From IMG/VR virus record IMGVR_UViG_3300020452_000548, positions 16,545-80,544 of that record: DNA of 64,000 nt, one strand, 5' to 3'. The position numbers were made by a program, and so were the translations under genes. The notes beneath the pieces are model-generated. The model ran no database searches and was not told where the DNA came from. It was given only the letters and a program-made list of their open reading frames with translations. Shown one piece after another: positions 20,704-30,825 of the stretch (the first letter of the stretch is position 1; each line of letters opens with the position of its first letter). Source of the DNA: a virus.

Positions 20704-23700
20704 TGACTCGTTATACCAAGCAGTTATACCCCGCAGTAGTCAAACCATTAGCTGGTGCATCCGGTTATCCCGCAAGCGGTTATTTCGCCATGCACATTAC
20801 TTATCCCAATACTGAATACGCAGATGATGTTACCACTTGGCAGTATGGTGCTAATAGCAATAACTGGAAGCAAGGGCTAACGGTACTTATTAGAACGCCA
20901 TTAGCAACATCTTCTGTACCATCTGAAGCTGACAATGTAATAGTGGTTGATTTGCATCAGCTCAATGCTGATTTGGGCAGTAATGGAACAGGCTTCACAT
21001 ACAACTTAGGAAGCCAAGAAGCAACAAGAGCTATCGCTGCGAAAATAAACAGTAGGCGGGTAAAACAGGTATCAAAGAACGGAACAAGGTATCTTCGAGC
21101 AAGGTATGTTAGAATGTCTGGGAAGCCGACATACACAGGATCTGCGTTTAGAACAACAAGCGATAGCAATTTGATATTGAGGTTTGACGGGGCTTACAGA
21201 AATGGATTCCCTTCCGATTTGCCTACAACAGGAACAATTACTTACAATGATTCCAGTCATACAAATCTAACTTTGAATTACACTAACATATCTGGATATT
21301 ACTATGGCCCTAAGCGATTAGGCCATGTAGTCACAGGACAGGATAGCAAAGCCAACTTCACTATTACAGAAAACCTATCATCAACTATTACTCAAGTGAG
21401 TAGCCATCCTGATACACTTAGCGGTGCAACCTTTGAGATTGCGGGTGAGCCGGAGAAGCATACAATAGTGCTTACTTGGGAACAACGGGCTACAAGCCCG
21501 AATTGGGATAGCGATCACAACTATTGGTCGCCAGCTAATGGTGGCCCAGTAATTCAAGGATTGGGGCAAAGCGTTCCTACATGGAATCTGTTAGCTAAAC
21601 CGTTAGATGGGGGCAACATGGGGCTACCTGCGACTAACTACGATTGTAAGGGGTCAGTAGCAACAGCTCATTCATCGGGACACGGATATGTCCGATTTAG
21701 CATAGAGGGACTTAACTCATGCGACCTGCCCGATATTCCCCCGCCTGATTACACAGTAACACAGCCATCTCTTAGAGGAATCACAAAGGTTGATTCAGAT
21801 ACCACAGGTTCTAACAAGGTTAAGATGGCGAATATGGAATATGGGACTAAGCTACCTATGACTTCGGGAGATATACTCCATACTAAGGAAGGATACAAGG
21901 CAACAACAGGCACATCCACGAATATAGTCGCCCATACTACTGATGAATTAACATCCGTGACCACATATTCTGGTGACTTTGTAGCTCAAGGTCTGAAATA
22001 TGATAACGATAGGTACGCCCCTCGACCCATATTCACTACCAAATCCTTGAACACATCATCCAAAGTTAGGGGGTTGCAGATAAGTAATGAGAATATGGTC
22101 TTTGATGATTTGACTACCAAAGACGACCAAGGCAACATATTGACTTTATTCGGTGGTTCGCCTTGGGGCGTAGTGATTCAAGATTACAAGCTACAGAACA
22201 CAAGAGAAGATCCAATTACAGGAGAAGAAGTTACAGGGCCATCAACAACAGACGGCAAATTAACGCCAAATCTCGCAATCCAGCTTCCAGACCCATCCGA
22301 AATACCGGGAGAAATATTCGTTAGAAGCGGGCATGATCGCATCCAAGCTCATTCAAACATGACTTGGGGGTTGGGTGGATTGACCGCCCCCGACCCTCGA
22401 AAACCCGGTATAGCTGAGGATTCAAACGAAGCTTCCCAATTTGACACTCATGACCGCACACTAATTTTCCACACACAAAGGCTTCTGCATCCCGATTTAA
22501 GCACGAAACAGGGTCTAACCCCTCATACCCCCGCTGGTGCTGTTCCAAGCGGTACTACACGCTTATTCTCAGCACATAGAATAACTGACCATGCAGAAAG
22601 AGGTTCGGTATTGACTCAAACGAACAACGGTAGCCCCACAGGAAATGCCTATCCACACCATAGAATACGCTTTGCACGGCAAGGACACAGTTTCGTTACC
22701 CCGTTAATGCACCGAGGCACACCGTCTGCTATGAGGCGACAATTGCATCGTTCTCACGGTTCTTCCTACACTTTGTTGTTTGAAGCTGAAACAGAACACA
22801 AGCATCATGGCTTTGGATCGGGTAAGAGTTCTAACAGCACTACCGTATTTGAGCTTGATACGCTTGATACAAAGGCTCAGACGGGGTATGACCACTCAAC
22901 AGGTTCTTTTGCCTCAGACGGGCTTCCATTGGGTGAAATTAAGGGATTCAGATTGCCCGATGTGAAAGCTGCATACAACTCAGTCACGCCAAGAGATGAT
23001 TTGGACTACCTTATTGCACCCGGACAAGAACACACTAAACGATTAGGGGCGGGGAATCAAGTCAGAAGGGGTGCATTAAGTGAAGATGCTTCCTTCTCAG
23101 TAGCTGGCCCTACAAAGCTCACTTTAGCTACTGCATTATCGGGCGGAACACGCTATAACACGGCCTCAGAAGTCAGTATAAACGGTATATTGCTTGGGGA
23201 CTACCATCTCGGTGGTGGCTCTCCAATACCTACAATTACCTATGTTGGTTCGTCTGCTTACTTCGTAACAGGAAGGGAAGAAGGCGTAGCAGTACCCCGA
23301 ATCGGCACGGAGTTAGCAACAGTCCCACCTCTCTTGTGTCACGACCCTGAGTATGTCAATTTGGCTGCACGGAATAGTGGGGGTGGTGGTATAACGGCAA
23401 GCAACGCAGATTTAGCTCTCCTTGGTGCTTCGAACACCGGAACGGGTGCAAAACCTGACGCATTTCTATGTAATTGGCTTGCCGAATACAATCATCCCGC
23501 TTTCTTTGGAACAAGCCGAGAACACTTCCTCACATTCCGCTATCGGGAAGCAGGGATGCCCCGTTCTCTCAACTACCCACCCGTAAGAGGACTGTATCTG
23601 CGTAATCATTCACACGCATCCACCACAGCTCAAGCTGAAAACGCACTTCCGATAGAACGACTATATGTGTATCAATGGCTTCAGAATTATGGATACAACG

Positions 23701-26700
23701 GATTGAATGCTGGAGGACATGGGAATACAGATGGTTTGCGTAGTGCGAATGCTGTCCTTATGGGTCATACTACTGTTAGAGAACCGCACGGCACTATCAG
23801 ATTACTCAAACAATATGAGAATATAAGATACTCAAGAGGTGAAGGTATAGGAGATGGTATCAATCCAGAGAGAGAAGGTGGTATCATATCTTATGATGTG
23901 GATACCGATAGTCAAACTTTCACGAAATATATAGCAGTTAGAGATAGTATGGTCGCCTATGATATGAGTAGGAGATTACCAATAAGGGCATGGGGCATTA
24001 GGACAGCTTCAGATGCACTGGATATGTTAGCGGGCGACCCCAATGAAGGCACTAACACACAAGGAGTATATGGTAAGGCAAGATTTGACGGTGGAATACA
24101 TGATTCCGTTCAGAAAATACCTAACGCCACAGATCACGGTGCTTCTTGGTTCTTCGACAAAGATTACTCCGGTGTTGAGCGTTCAACCCCTATTGGATTA
24201 GTCCTTAGCGGGCATACGGCTGATGCTACACCTTACTCAAGCACAGTAAGAAGGTCTAATCTGCCCGTCAATTCGGGAGAGTCACCAATTGGTATCGGAA
24301 TTACATTAGGACTTGAATCTGGGGGGATGACTCTCCCTACATCCATGCCCGCAGGTCTTTGGGATACAGAATACCTTGAAACACCGTTGAAAGCAAGACC
24401 TCACAACAAAGGTTCGGATCCATTCATTGACCTAACGCAATATACTGGTTCAAAATCCTACGATCAATCAAAATCGAGTTCTGCTGTCGGTGAAACAACA
24501 GCATTTGGGGTAACAGGTGGCTTCTATCACCTTCGAGGAAATGCTTTGCATACCAATGCGTCAGCAATTGACCATTCAGGGATGCGTCAGCTCGCTGCAT
24601 CTAACGGTGAGAAGAAAACACACTATCCTACAACAGGATGGGGAGAGGCTACATACAATTCAAGTAATAACGCCACTAAAACCGTGAAAGCAATTCCTCT
24701 ATCTGAAATAGCCGACCATCGCCAAGTTCAATCAAGAACCGAACCAAGATTGGGATTGATTATTGATACTGAGAATGAAAGAAACCTCAATAAAACGGTT
24801 GAATACCAAATTATGGGAACAAAAGCGACCTCTCTAAATACAGACTTATCAGTAGGTCAGCACTTCCCAATCACGCCTTCTTGGGTTGTTAAGACCAAGC
24901 TTGAGAAAGACGCATTCACACTTGATGGGGGGGCAGGTAGCACAGTCACCCACTCAAATGAATATGTAGCTCCGACATGGAGTCCAGATAGTGATGATGC
25001 AAAGGGAATGGGCGGTGCTGCAATAACGGCACTATCACTCACAGCAGGTGGTTCGGGATATTCTGATGGAACATTAACAGCTTCTGGTGGTGGCGGTTCA
25101 AGCTTTGCAGGTACTTACATCGTGAATAAATCTGTATCTGGACTATCTCATAGCGGTGGTTCAGGGGCTTACAGCTCAAGTGAAACGGGGGGAAGCATAT
25201 CGGTATCGGGTGGTAATCCTACAACGGCTTTTACAGGAACATATACGACTACATCAGATGGTGCTGCGGTTTCTTCAATTTCAATTTCTTCTGCGGGTAG
25301 CGGATACAACAACACCAATGCGGGCTGTGGAGTATCGGGTGGGGGCGGTTCTAACTTTGCAGCTACTTACTATGTAGGACACGCACTTTCAGCAGTAGAT
25401 GTAACAGGCTCAACTGCTATGCGATTGAGTGATTCCTTTGAAGCGGGTTCGTCATGGAGATTATTGATTAACGGTGCTAAAAGTGGTAGCGATTATTATC
25501 CTAACACCAATGCTACGCAAGCTATACTAACATTGAATCTAAATGAAGTAACTCAAGTGCTTACAAATAATACACTTTCTGGGGGCAACCATTTCCAATC
25601 TAATCACACCTTGTCTTACGAATTACAATTTAACGCAGGTTCACTGTGGGAAGCTTATCCCGGAAATTACCAATTCGGCAACGGTGCGCCAACCGTGACT
25701 CTAAACACGGCTGCGAGTTCGGGAACAGTAAGGCAGATCCATGTTACTAACTATGGTTCGGGATACACATCTAACCCCACAGTAACAGCTCCTTTGCTTC
25801 TTGGCGGGATTACGCTTGCATCTCTTTCACCGACTCTTGCATCTGCTACTCGTTCTTTGAGTGGTGTATCAACAACTAATGCAGGTGCAGGGTATGAAAC
25901 AGCACCTACCTTATCTATTCCTCATGGAACAGTAACTGCCTCTATGACCTCAACAGGATCGGTAAAGAGCATTACCATGACAAATGGGGGTTCGGGTTAT
26001 ACTTCAGAACCTACAATCGTATTCAGTAATGCAGGGTCAAATGCGTTAGTGTCCGTAACTGTTGGTTCGGGTACAACAGAAGAACCCGTAGTGCATTCAA
26101 ATAGCCATGCACTTGACGCTTGGGCAGTTAGGGGTTCAGCAGATTTACCTGCTTGGGGCGGAGTCTATGTCCTTCGTAAGAGCTACCTAAACAGATCACA
26201 AGAGGGGTCATTATCTACTGAGATATTCGGCACGGGCGGAAAACCGATGACCAGTCATCCTCGAAGAAAGTATGTTGATTATATCGTTAGACCTGTAAGG
26301 CCGTTGAAGTTATTTGGTTTTGCATCAAGCCTTCTGCAAGATGGTTGGACTCATGGTGCGAGATGTAAAACGACCAATACTGATAACATAGCATATCAGC
26401 CATTCACAAGAGATGGAAGATATGGTCTGTTTGAAACCGATGTATCTCAAGGACTAGGCAACAGTAGTTTCGTTGGCTCACCCGAAGGTGCATTCACTAT
26501 GGATTGGCCTGATGCGAATGACTACGACATAGCGTGGCATCTGATTCCAACGGCATCTATGCTTCAATTCTTCAAATCAGACGCAGCTCGAAAAACAATT
26601 GACGGTTCATTTAACCCAGAGATAGAACCCCGATATTCTCAAACGCTTCATCCCGGTGGTGGTGAGCCGATATATCAAACACAAGTTCGTTATATCAACG

Positions 26701-28520
26701 ATGGAACAGGCATTGGTGGCGACTTTGCTAAGCACGGATTAGAAGATGAGGTCACGCACATCTCAATGAAATCATTGATGAGAACCTATCCTTCTTTTGA
26801 AGTCAAATCCCACTATACTGCGGGTAGCACCTTCCTAATACTTGATGATGCAAGCATACTTCCCTCATCCGGTGTCTTATTCATACCGGGAATAAGCGGC
26901 AAGTTTTCTTACTCCGCTAAATCGGGCAACAAGCTCACGCAATCCGGCAACACTATCACAGGATACACATCTGTTGGGGATTTAGAAGGCAAGGTGTTGC
27001 ATTACACAACCGTAGCCTCACCATCAACCATCAACGACATAAGGTCGCTCACACTACCCTATCCAGTCATACCAACATTAACGGACAACACACTTGTAAT
27101 AGCTAAATTGGAATCAGACAGCTGGAGAAGATACGATACATCATTAGATTCCGTGAAAGAAACATCTCTAACATATCGTGGCCTATTGGAATACGATCCA
27201 TCCGACTTTATCATGACCAGTCAAAGGCCATTGAAGATAGCCAACAGTAAGAATATAGCTGAGCTGAAAAACATATCAACATCTATTCAAAAGATAAGAA
27301 TTGATGGTAGGGAGCTGTCTGAAACATTCTCTCCACCATATCTATTTGATAAGAATGGTATGAGATTGAGAGTAGGTGGAGTCAAGATTGAAAACCACAC
27401 CACATCCTTAATTTTCAAGAATATCAATGCAGATACATTATCCGATCATGGTTTGGATGTGGAGAATGGTATTCTTCTGGGCCAGTTAGGGTATGTAGGT
27501 ATCAGAACATCGGATGCAGCTTTGATGATGTTAGATGATGCTGAAGCTGATGTGGCGGGATACAATGTTACACCGACTTCTGCGTTGATTGCTAATGATA
27601 GAGATATATCTGATACACTCAAAGCTCATCCTTCATTACGCATCATCAATGACCATTCTTCAACATTCGTAGCTCGAAAGACAAGGGGCATAAGCATCAT
27701 GGAAGCAATAAAGAATCTGACTCAGTTAGATGGTCGCCAGCTCGTCAATGAAAGAAATGGCGGGCTGATATACGGCAGTAGTACCTTCAAAAATAAGGGT
27801 GCTACTATCGGTATGGGGAGTATCGTCAAGTCGGTTGGAGTTAGTCGTATGATAGATTCGCCTAATGAAGTGATTGTTAGTGGTGATGATTTAGCTTCTA
27901 ATGAGAAGGTATTCGTTGCTATCAAAGACCCAGAAAGGATGAGAAGCGAAGCAGGTAGGGGTGCTACATCCAACTTAGCAAGAGTTCTAAGACAAAACAT
28001 TCCCGGTTTGAAAACCAAACAGGAAGCCATGAAGTTAGCCAAGTCAATCTTAGCAAGAACGGAGAATACCACACCTGTAATAGAAATCAAGGGTGCTGTT
28101 CGAGCTACAGATATAACACCCGGAGATATGATTAACATTGATTTACCACTACATGGTCTAAGGGGAGAATATGCTGTCTTTGAGTCTGAACACAATTACA
28201 ATCGGCTTGAGAGTAACTTTGTAGTAGGCCAATATGACAAAGGAATTGAAGGTCTGCTGTCCGATCTGCAATCTGTATCTTCAACGAATGAACCAACAGA
28301 TGAGTCAGCTTCTACGATTGTAGATTTGGTTGAGCTTGCAGTATCTGGGGCTATCAAAGTAAAGGCGGTTCATCGTATATCAGTTCGTTCCGTGAGCAAT
28401 AGAGGATTCCTCATCGGTGCGAAAGAGGCAAAAGGAATGGGGAAAATAGGTGTGCGTAGTGGGAATAAGCGAGCTTTGCCTATCGGTCAATCAAAATCAA
28501 TATTTTATGTGGTGAAATAA
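20697..28520 (+). CDS. Giant tail tip/hub protein (2607 aa) with an inserted Gly/Ser-rich repeat region
   Basis: Tail module position. Internal xGSGY repeats at about 25000-26080. C-terminal hub-like segment (NEVIVSG...EAMKLAKSIL...ITPGDMINI...GEYAV...H). Confidence 0.65.
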   Translation: MVMTRYTKQLYPAVVKPLAGASGYPASGYFAMHITYPNTEYADDVTTWQYGANSNNWKQGLTVLIRTPLATSSVPSEADNVIVVDLHQLNADLGSNGTGFTYNLGSQEATRAIAAKINSRRVKQVSKNGTRYLRARYVRMSGKPTYTGSAFRTTSDSNLILRFDGAYRNGFPSDLPTTGTITYNDSSHTNLTLNYTNISGYYYGPKRLGHVVTGQDSKANFTITENLSSTITQVSSHPDTLSGATFEIAGEPEKHTIVLTWEQRATSPNWDSDHNYWSPANGGPVIQGLGQSVPTWNLLAKPLDGGNMGLPATNYDCKGSVATAHSSGHGYVRFSIEGLNSCDLPDIPPPDYTVTQPSLRGITKVDSDTTGSNKVKMANMEYGTKLPMTSGDILHTKEGYKATTGTSTNIVAHTTDELTSVTTYSGDFVAQGLKYDNDRYAPRPIFTTKSLNTSSKVRGLQISNENMVFDDLTTKDDQGNILTLFGGSPWGVVIQDYKLQNTREDPITGEEVTGPSTTDGKLTPNLAIQLPDPSEIPGEIFVRSGHDRIQAHSNMTWGLGGLTAPDPRKPGIAEDSNEASQFDTHDRTLIFHTQRLLHPDLSTKQGLTPHTPAGAVPSGTTRLFSAHRITDHAERGSVLTQTNNGSPTGNAYPHHRIRFARQGHSFVTPLMHRGTPSAMRRQLHRSHGSSYTLLFEAETEHKHHGFGSGKSSNSTTVFELDTLDTKAQTGYDHSTGSFASDGLPLGEIKGFRLPDVKAAYNSVTPRDDLDYLIAPGQEHTKRLGAGNQVRRGALSEDASFSVAGPTKLTLATALSGGTRYNTASEVSINGILLGDYHLGGGSPIPTITYVGSSAYFVTGREEGVAVPRIGTELATVPPLLCHDPEYVNLAARNSGGGGITASNADLALLGASNTGTGAKPDAFLCNWLAEYNHPAFFGTSREHFLTFRYREAGMPRSLNYPPVRGLYLRNHSHASTTAQAENALPIERLYVYQWLQNYGYNGLNAGGHGNTDGLRSANAVLMGHTTVREPHGTIRLLKQYENIRYSRGEGIGDGINPEREGGIISYDVDTDSQTFTKYIAVRDSMVAYDMSRRLPIRAWGIRTASDALDMLAGDPNEGTNTQGVYGKARFDGGIHDSVQKIPNATDHGASWFFDKDYSGVERSTPIGLVLSGHTADATPYSSTVRRSNLPVNSGESPIGIGITLGLESGGMTLPTSMPAGLWDTEYLETPLKARPHNKGSDPFIDLTQYTGSKSYDQSKSSSAVGETTAFGVTGGFYHLRGNALHTNASAIDHSGMRQLAASNGEKKTHYPTTGWGEATYNSSNNATKTVKAIPLSEIADHRQVQSRTEPRLGLIIDTENERNLNKTVEYQIMGTKATSLNTDLSVGQHFPITPSWVVKTKLEKDAFTLDGGAGSTVTHSNEYVAPTWSPDSDDAKGMGGAAITALSLTAGGSGYSDGTLTASGGGGSSFAGTYIVNKSVSGLSHSGGSGAYSSSETGGSISVSGGNPTTAFTGTYTTTSDGAAVSSISISSAGSGYNNTNAGCGVSGGGGSNFAATYYVGHALSAVDVTGSTAMRLSDSFEAGSSWRLLINGAKSGSDYYPNTNATQAILTLNLNEVTQVLTNNTLSGGNHFQSNHTLSYELQFNAGSLWEAYPGNYQFGNGAPTVTLNTAASSGTVRQIHVTNYGSGYTSNPTVTAPLLLGGITLASLSPTLASATRSLSGVSTTNAGAGYETAPTLSIPHGTVTASMTSTGSVKSITMTNGGSGYTSEPTIVFSNAGSNALVSVTVGSGTTEEPVVHSNSHALDAWAVRGSADLPAWGGVYVLRKSYLNRSQEGSLSTEIFGTGGKPMTSHPRRKYVDYIVRPVRPLKLFGFASSLLQDGWTHGARCKTTNTDNIAYQPFTRDGRYGLFETDVSQGLGNSSFVGSPEGAFTMDWPDANDYDIAWHLIPTASMLQFFKSDAARKTIDGSFNPEIEPRYSQTLHPGGGEPIYQTQVRYINDGTGIGGDFAKHGLEDEVTHISMKSLMRTYPSFEVKSHYTAGSTFLILDDASILPSSGVLFIPGISGKFSYSAKSGNKLTQSGNTITGYTSVGDLEGKVLHYTTVASPSTINDIRSLTLPYPVIPTLTDNTLVIAKLESDSWRRYDTSLDSVKETSLTYRGLLEYDPSDFIMTSQRPLKIANSKNIAELKNISTSIQKIRIDGRELSETFSPPYLFDKNGMRLRVGGVKIENHTTSLIFKNINADTLSDHGLDVENGILLGQLGYVGIRTSDAALMMLDDAEADVAGYNVTPTSALIANDRDISDTLKAHPSLRIINDHSSTFVARKTRGISIMEAIKNLTQLDGRQLVNERNGGLIYGSSTFKNKGATIGMGSIVKSVGVSRMIDSPNEVIVSGDDLASNEKVFVAIKDPERMRSEAGRGATSNLARVLRQNIPGLKTKQEAMKLAKSILARTENTTPVIEIKGAVRATDITPGDMINIDLPLHGLRGEYAVFESEHNYNRLESNFVVGQYDKGIEGLLSDLQSVSSTNEPTDESASTIVDLVELAVSGAIKVKAVHRISVRSVSNRGFLIGAKEAKGMGKIGVRSGNKRALPIGQSKSIFYVVK

Positions 28521-28861
28521 TGCCTGTGTTAGATACTCTCAAGTCAGCTCTTACCGACCATCTCTCCACATTAGTTACAAGGATGACATTGGGTTCAACG
28601 GGTGGAGATTCTTCAAGTAAAGACGGTGGGGCGGGTAATCCTCAGATTACAGTTACGCCCAATGTAAGAAGGATAGATGATAGAACCCTATCTGTATCAG
28701 CTATATTTGATACTCAGCAATCCTCATCCCAATCAATCAAAGAGCTGGTAGTGCATGGCGACACGGCACTTGACACCCCTGCCTACCGTGCTACATTCAT
28801 GCCGATTACAAAGGACTCGACCAATGAAATAAAGGTGGATGTTCTACTGGAGGTACGCTGA
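28520..28861 (+). CDS. Small virion structural protein
   Basis: Coupled to the upstream stop; SIKELVVH...RATFMPITKDS.NEIKVDV resembles the N-terminal attachment domain of tail fibres. Confidence 0.5.
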   Translation: MPVLDTLKSALTDHLSTLVTRMTLGSTGGDSSSKDGGAGNPQITVTPNVRRIDDRTLSVSAIFDTQQSSSQSIKELVVHGDTALDTPAYRATFMPITKDSTNEIKVDVLLEVR

Positions 28862-28909
28862 TGGACTCATATTCTCAATTTCGCCACCGCCCCAATTTGC
28901 TGAAAAAAG

Positions 28910-28925
28910 CTGTCAGCATTGACAG
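28910..28925. promoter_or_regulatory. Palindrome CTGTCA-N4-TGACAG (copy 1)
   Basis: CTGTCAGCATTGACAG in a short intergenic gap; near-identical copies at 61649 and 61719. Confidence 0.6.
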
Positions 28926-28937
28926 GAGGGATAATTG

Positions 28938-30086
28938 ATGGCGGGCTTGGGTCAAGGGCATGAATCTGCGGAACAATCCTATCAGAATGATGGATTAAGA
29001 GATACTGATGTGTTAGCCAGTCCAACGCTGACTAACTTCAATGAGAGAGCTTTGTTGAATGGCGTAGTTCCGACTACAATAAATGATTACCACACATCAA
29101 ACTCCAATCGAAACTCACATACAGTAGGAAATTGCTCGGTATCTAAGACTGGAACAAGTGTAGTGGTTGCAGCGGGTACTGTTCTATTGGATGGTATGTT
29201 CTATGAAATCTCAAGCACCACGATAGATATTACATCGGGGGGCAACGCTTCAAAGTTCTTGGGTGGGGCTATACCTACTCTTACGGGTGCGAATTATGAA
29301 AGAATACTATTGGTATATGTTGATCCTACAATATCGGGATACATCAAAATGGCCTTTGGCGATGAGATAGACACATCCGGTGGCTCATACCCTCAAAGCC
29401 CGTCTGGTCATTTGGTCAATCAATCAGTAGTTCTTGGTTCTTGCAGACTCACATACAGTAGCGGTGTCGTAATTACTACCGTTGAAGATAAGAGGGTGTT
29501 TGTAAGACCCGGCCCTGTTCCTCTATCCGCATTAACCAATCACGCATCAAATGGTAGCTTCCCTGCTAACGATTTCATATCAGGCTCACAAGCAGGGACA
29601 TTACCTGTAGCTAACTTGGGATTCCTATTCGCAAGAGATCCGGCAGGGATTACAAACGCACAGGGTTCAGGGCAACTTCATTTGTTTTGGCAATCCGATC
29701 AAGGTTTAGGAGAAAACGCAGGTGGTGGTGGTGCTTACCAGCTGACCCCCACTCATCGGACTTCAAAAAAGATATTTACATGGGATGCGACTTCATCAAA
29801 AACAATTACATTTGGAACAGATATTCTATACACACCCTTACAATCACAAGACCAAACGGATTTGTATCTAATTGAAATAACAGCTTTTGATGTTAGCGAT
29901 ACAGGTTCAAATAAACTAAATGATGGTGTTTTGATTCAAGGGCCAAAGGGTGGTGGTGGCACACCTGCCGGAGAGTTCTATGTCGCAAGCGATGGTAATA
30001 GTATCACTATCCCTGCTCATACAGGGTACAATTCCGGTGGAGCTGATAGAATCATACTTACTTACACCCATGCGGGGCATAACTGA
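28938..30086 (+). CDS. Virion structural protein (tail/baseplate associated)
   Basis: GGAGG ribosome-binding site; beta-rich; VVVAAGTVLLDG...VEDKRVF pattern seen in tail-attachment proteins. Confidence 0.55.
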   Translation: MAGLGQGHESAEQSYQNDGLRDTDVLASPTLTNFNERALLNGVVPTTINDYHTSNSNRNSHTVGNCSVSKTGTSVVVAAGTVLLDGMFYEISSTTIDITSGGNASKFLGGAIPTLTGANYERILLVYVDPTISGYIKMAFGDEIDTSGGSYPQSPSGHLVNQSVVLGSCRLTYSSGVVITTVEDKRVFVRPGPVPLSALTNHASNGSFPANDFISGSQAGTLPVANLGFLFARDPAGITNAQGSGQLHLFWQSDQGLGENAGGGGAYQLTPTHRTSKKIFTWDATSSKTITFGTDILYTPLQSQDQTDLYLIEITAFDVSDTGSNKLNDGVLIQGPKGGGGTPAGEFYVASDGNSITIPAHTGYNSGGADRIILTYTHAGHN

Positions 30087-30301
30087 TGTTATCTGGTCGA
30101 GCAAGAGCTAAAGCATATCAAGATAAGATTAGTCAAGACTGTCCTGAATGCAATCAACGGGTTTTAGCTATTCGAATAAACGGGTTCTATGCAGGGTCAA
30201 GAGATAGGATATTCCTGTGGGAATGCCCTATATGCGAGTCCGTTTGGAAGAAAACTCGGCCTAAAGTCCATGTATCATTGTCCGATGTGGGTCAAGCATG
30301 A
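30086..30301 (+). CDS. Zn-ribbon protein
   Basis: CPEC...WECPIC; overlaps both neighbours (TGATG, ATGA). Confidence 0.75.
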   Translation: MLSGRARAKAYQDKISQDCPECNQRVLAIRINGFYAGSRDRIFLWECPICESVWKKTRPKVHVSLSDVGQA

Positions 30302-30825
30302 GCGATGCCTTTGACCAAGCTTGGGGTGTAGCAAAGGCATATCCCCTACTTTGGCCGAAAGAATTAGACAATGACCCCGATTTTGGTGATTTCTTCAATA
30401 CCAGTGAGCCAAGTGCCTTCACCGTAATTCCTACTCAGCAAGGTCGTAGTAAAGGAAAAGGAGCTGCAAGCTTTGTTCGTTTGCCTAATCTATGGAGGGG
30501 AACATCAAGGAGAAGGAGAAATGAAAGCCCAGACGATAAAGAGCTGAGGCTTATTCACGATTATTTGGAATCTGATGTGCATGAAGATGTTCATGTTGCT
30601 ATGGATAATATCGGAGAAACATCAGATGTTCCGCTTCATAATGAAATCCCTGCTACTATCGGCCAAGCACTACAATTTCAAAGAAGGCCAAGACACTTAG
30701 ATCCTCATGACAAAACATGGGAGAATATTGATGCAGGGGTATCACCTACTAAGACAGCCGTTGATACTGCTTTTGGGCTTGCACCTCATCATCATCAAGC
30801 AAAAAGGGGGAATTACAAATGGTAA
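30298..30825 (+). CDS. Tagged (AFDQAWGVAK) protein with an HExxH metallopeptidase-like motif
   Basis: N-terminal tag; VHEDVH followed by a downstream Glu (HNEIP). Confidence 0.6.
   Translation: MSDAFDQAWGVAKAYPLLWPKELDNDPDFGDFFNTSEPSAFTVIPTQQGRSKGKGAASFVRLPNLWRGTSRRRRNESPDDKELRLIHDYLESDVHEDVHVAMDNIGETSDVPLHNEIPATIGQALQFQRRPRHLDPHDKTWENIDAGVSPTKTAVDTAFGLAPHHHQAKRGNYKW

Noticed and set aside
28861-28938. 25-aa ORF coupled to both neighbours
   Set aside because: It has no protein features, and the gap is better explained by the palindrome and the GGAGG ribosome-binding site. A coupling peptide cannot be excluded.
7974-30086. Contractile tail (sheath, baseplate wedge)
   Set aside because: No sheath or baseplate J-like protein was recognised. 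The tube-chaperone-tape measure order fits a non-contractile tail.
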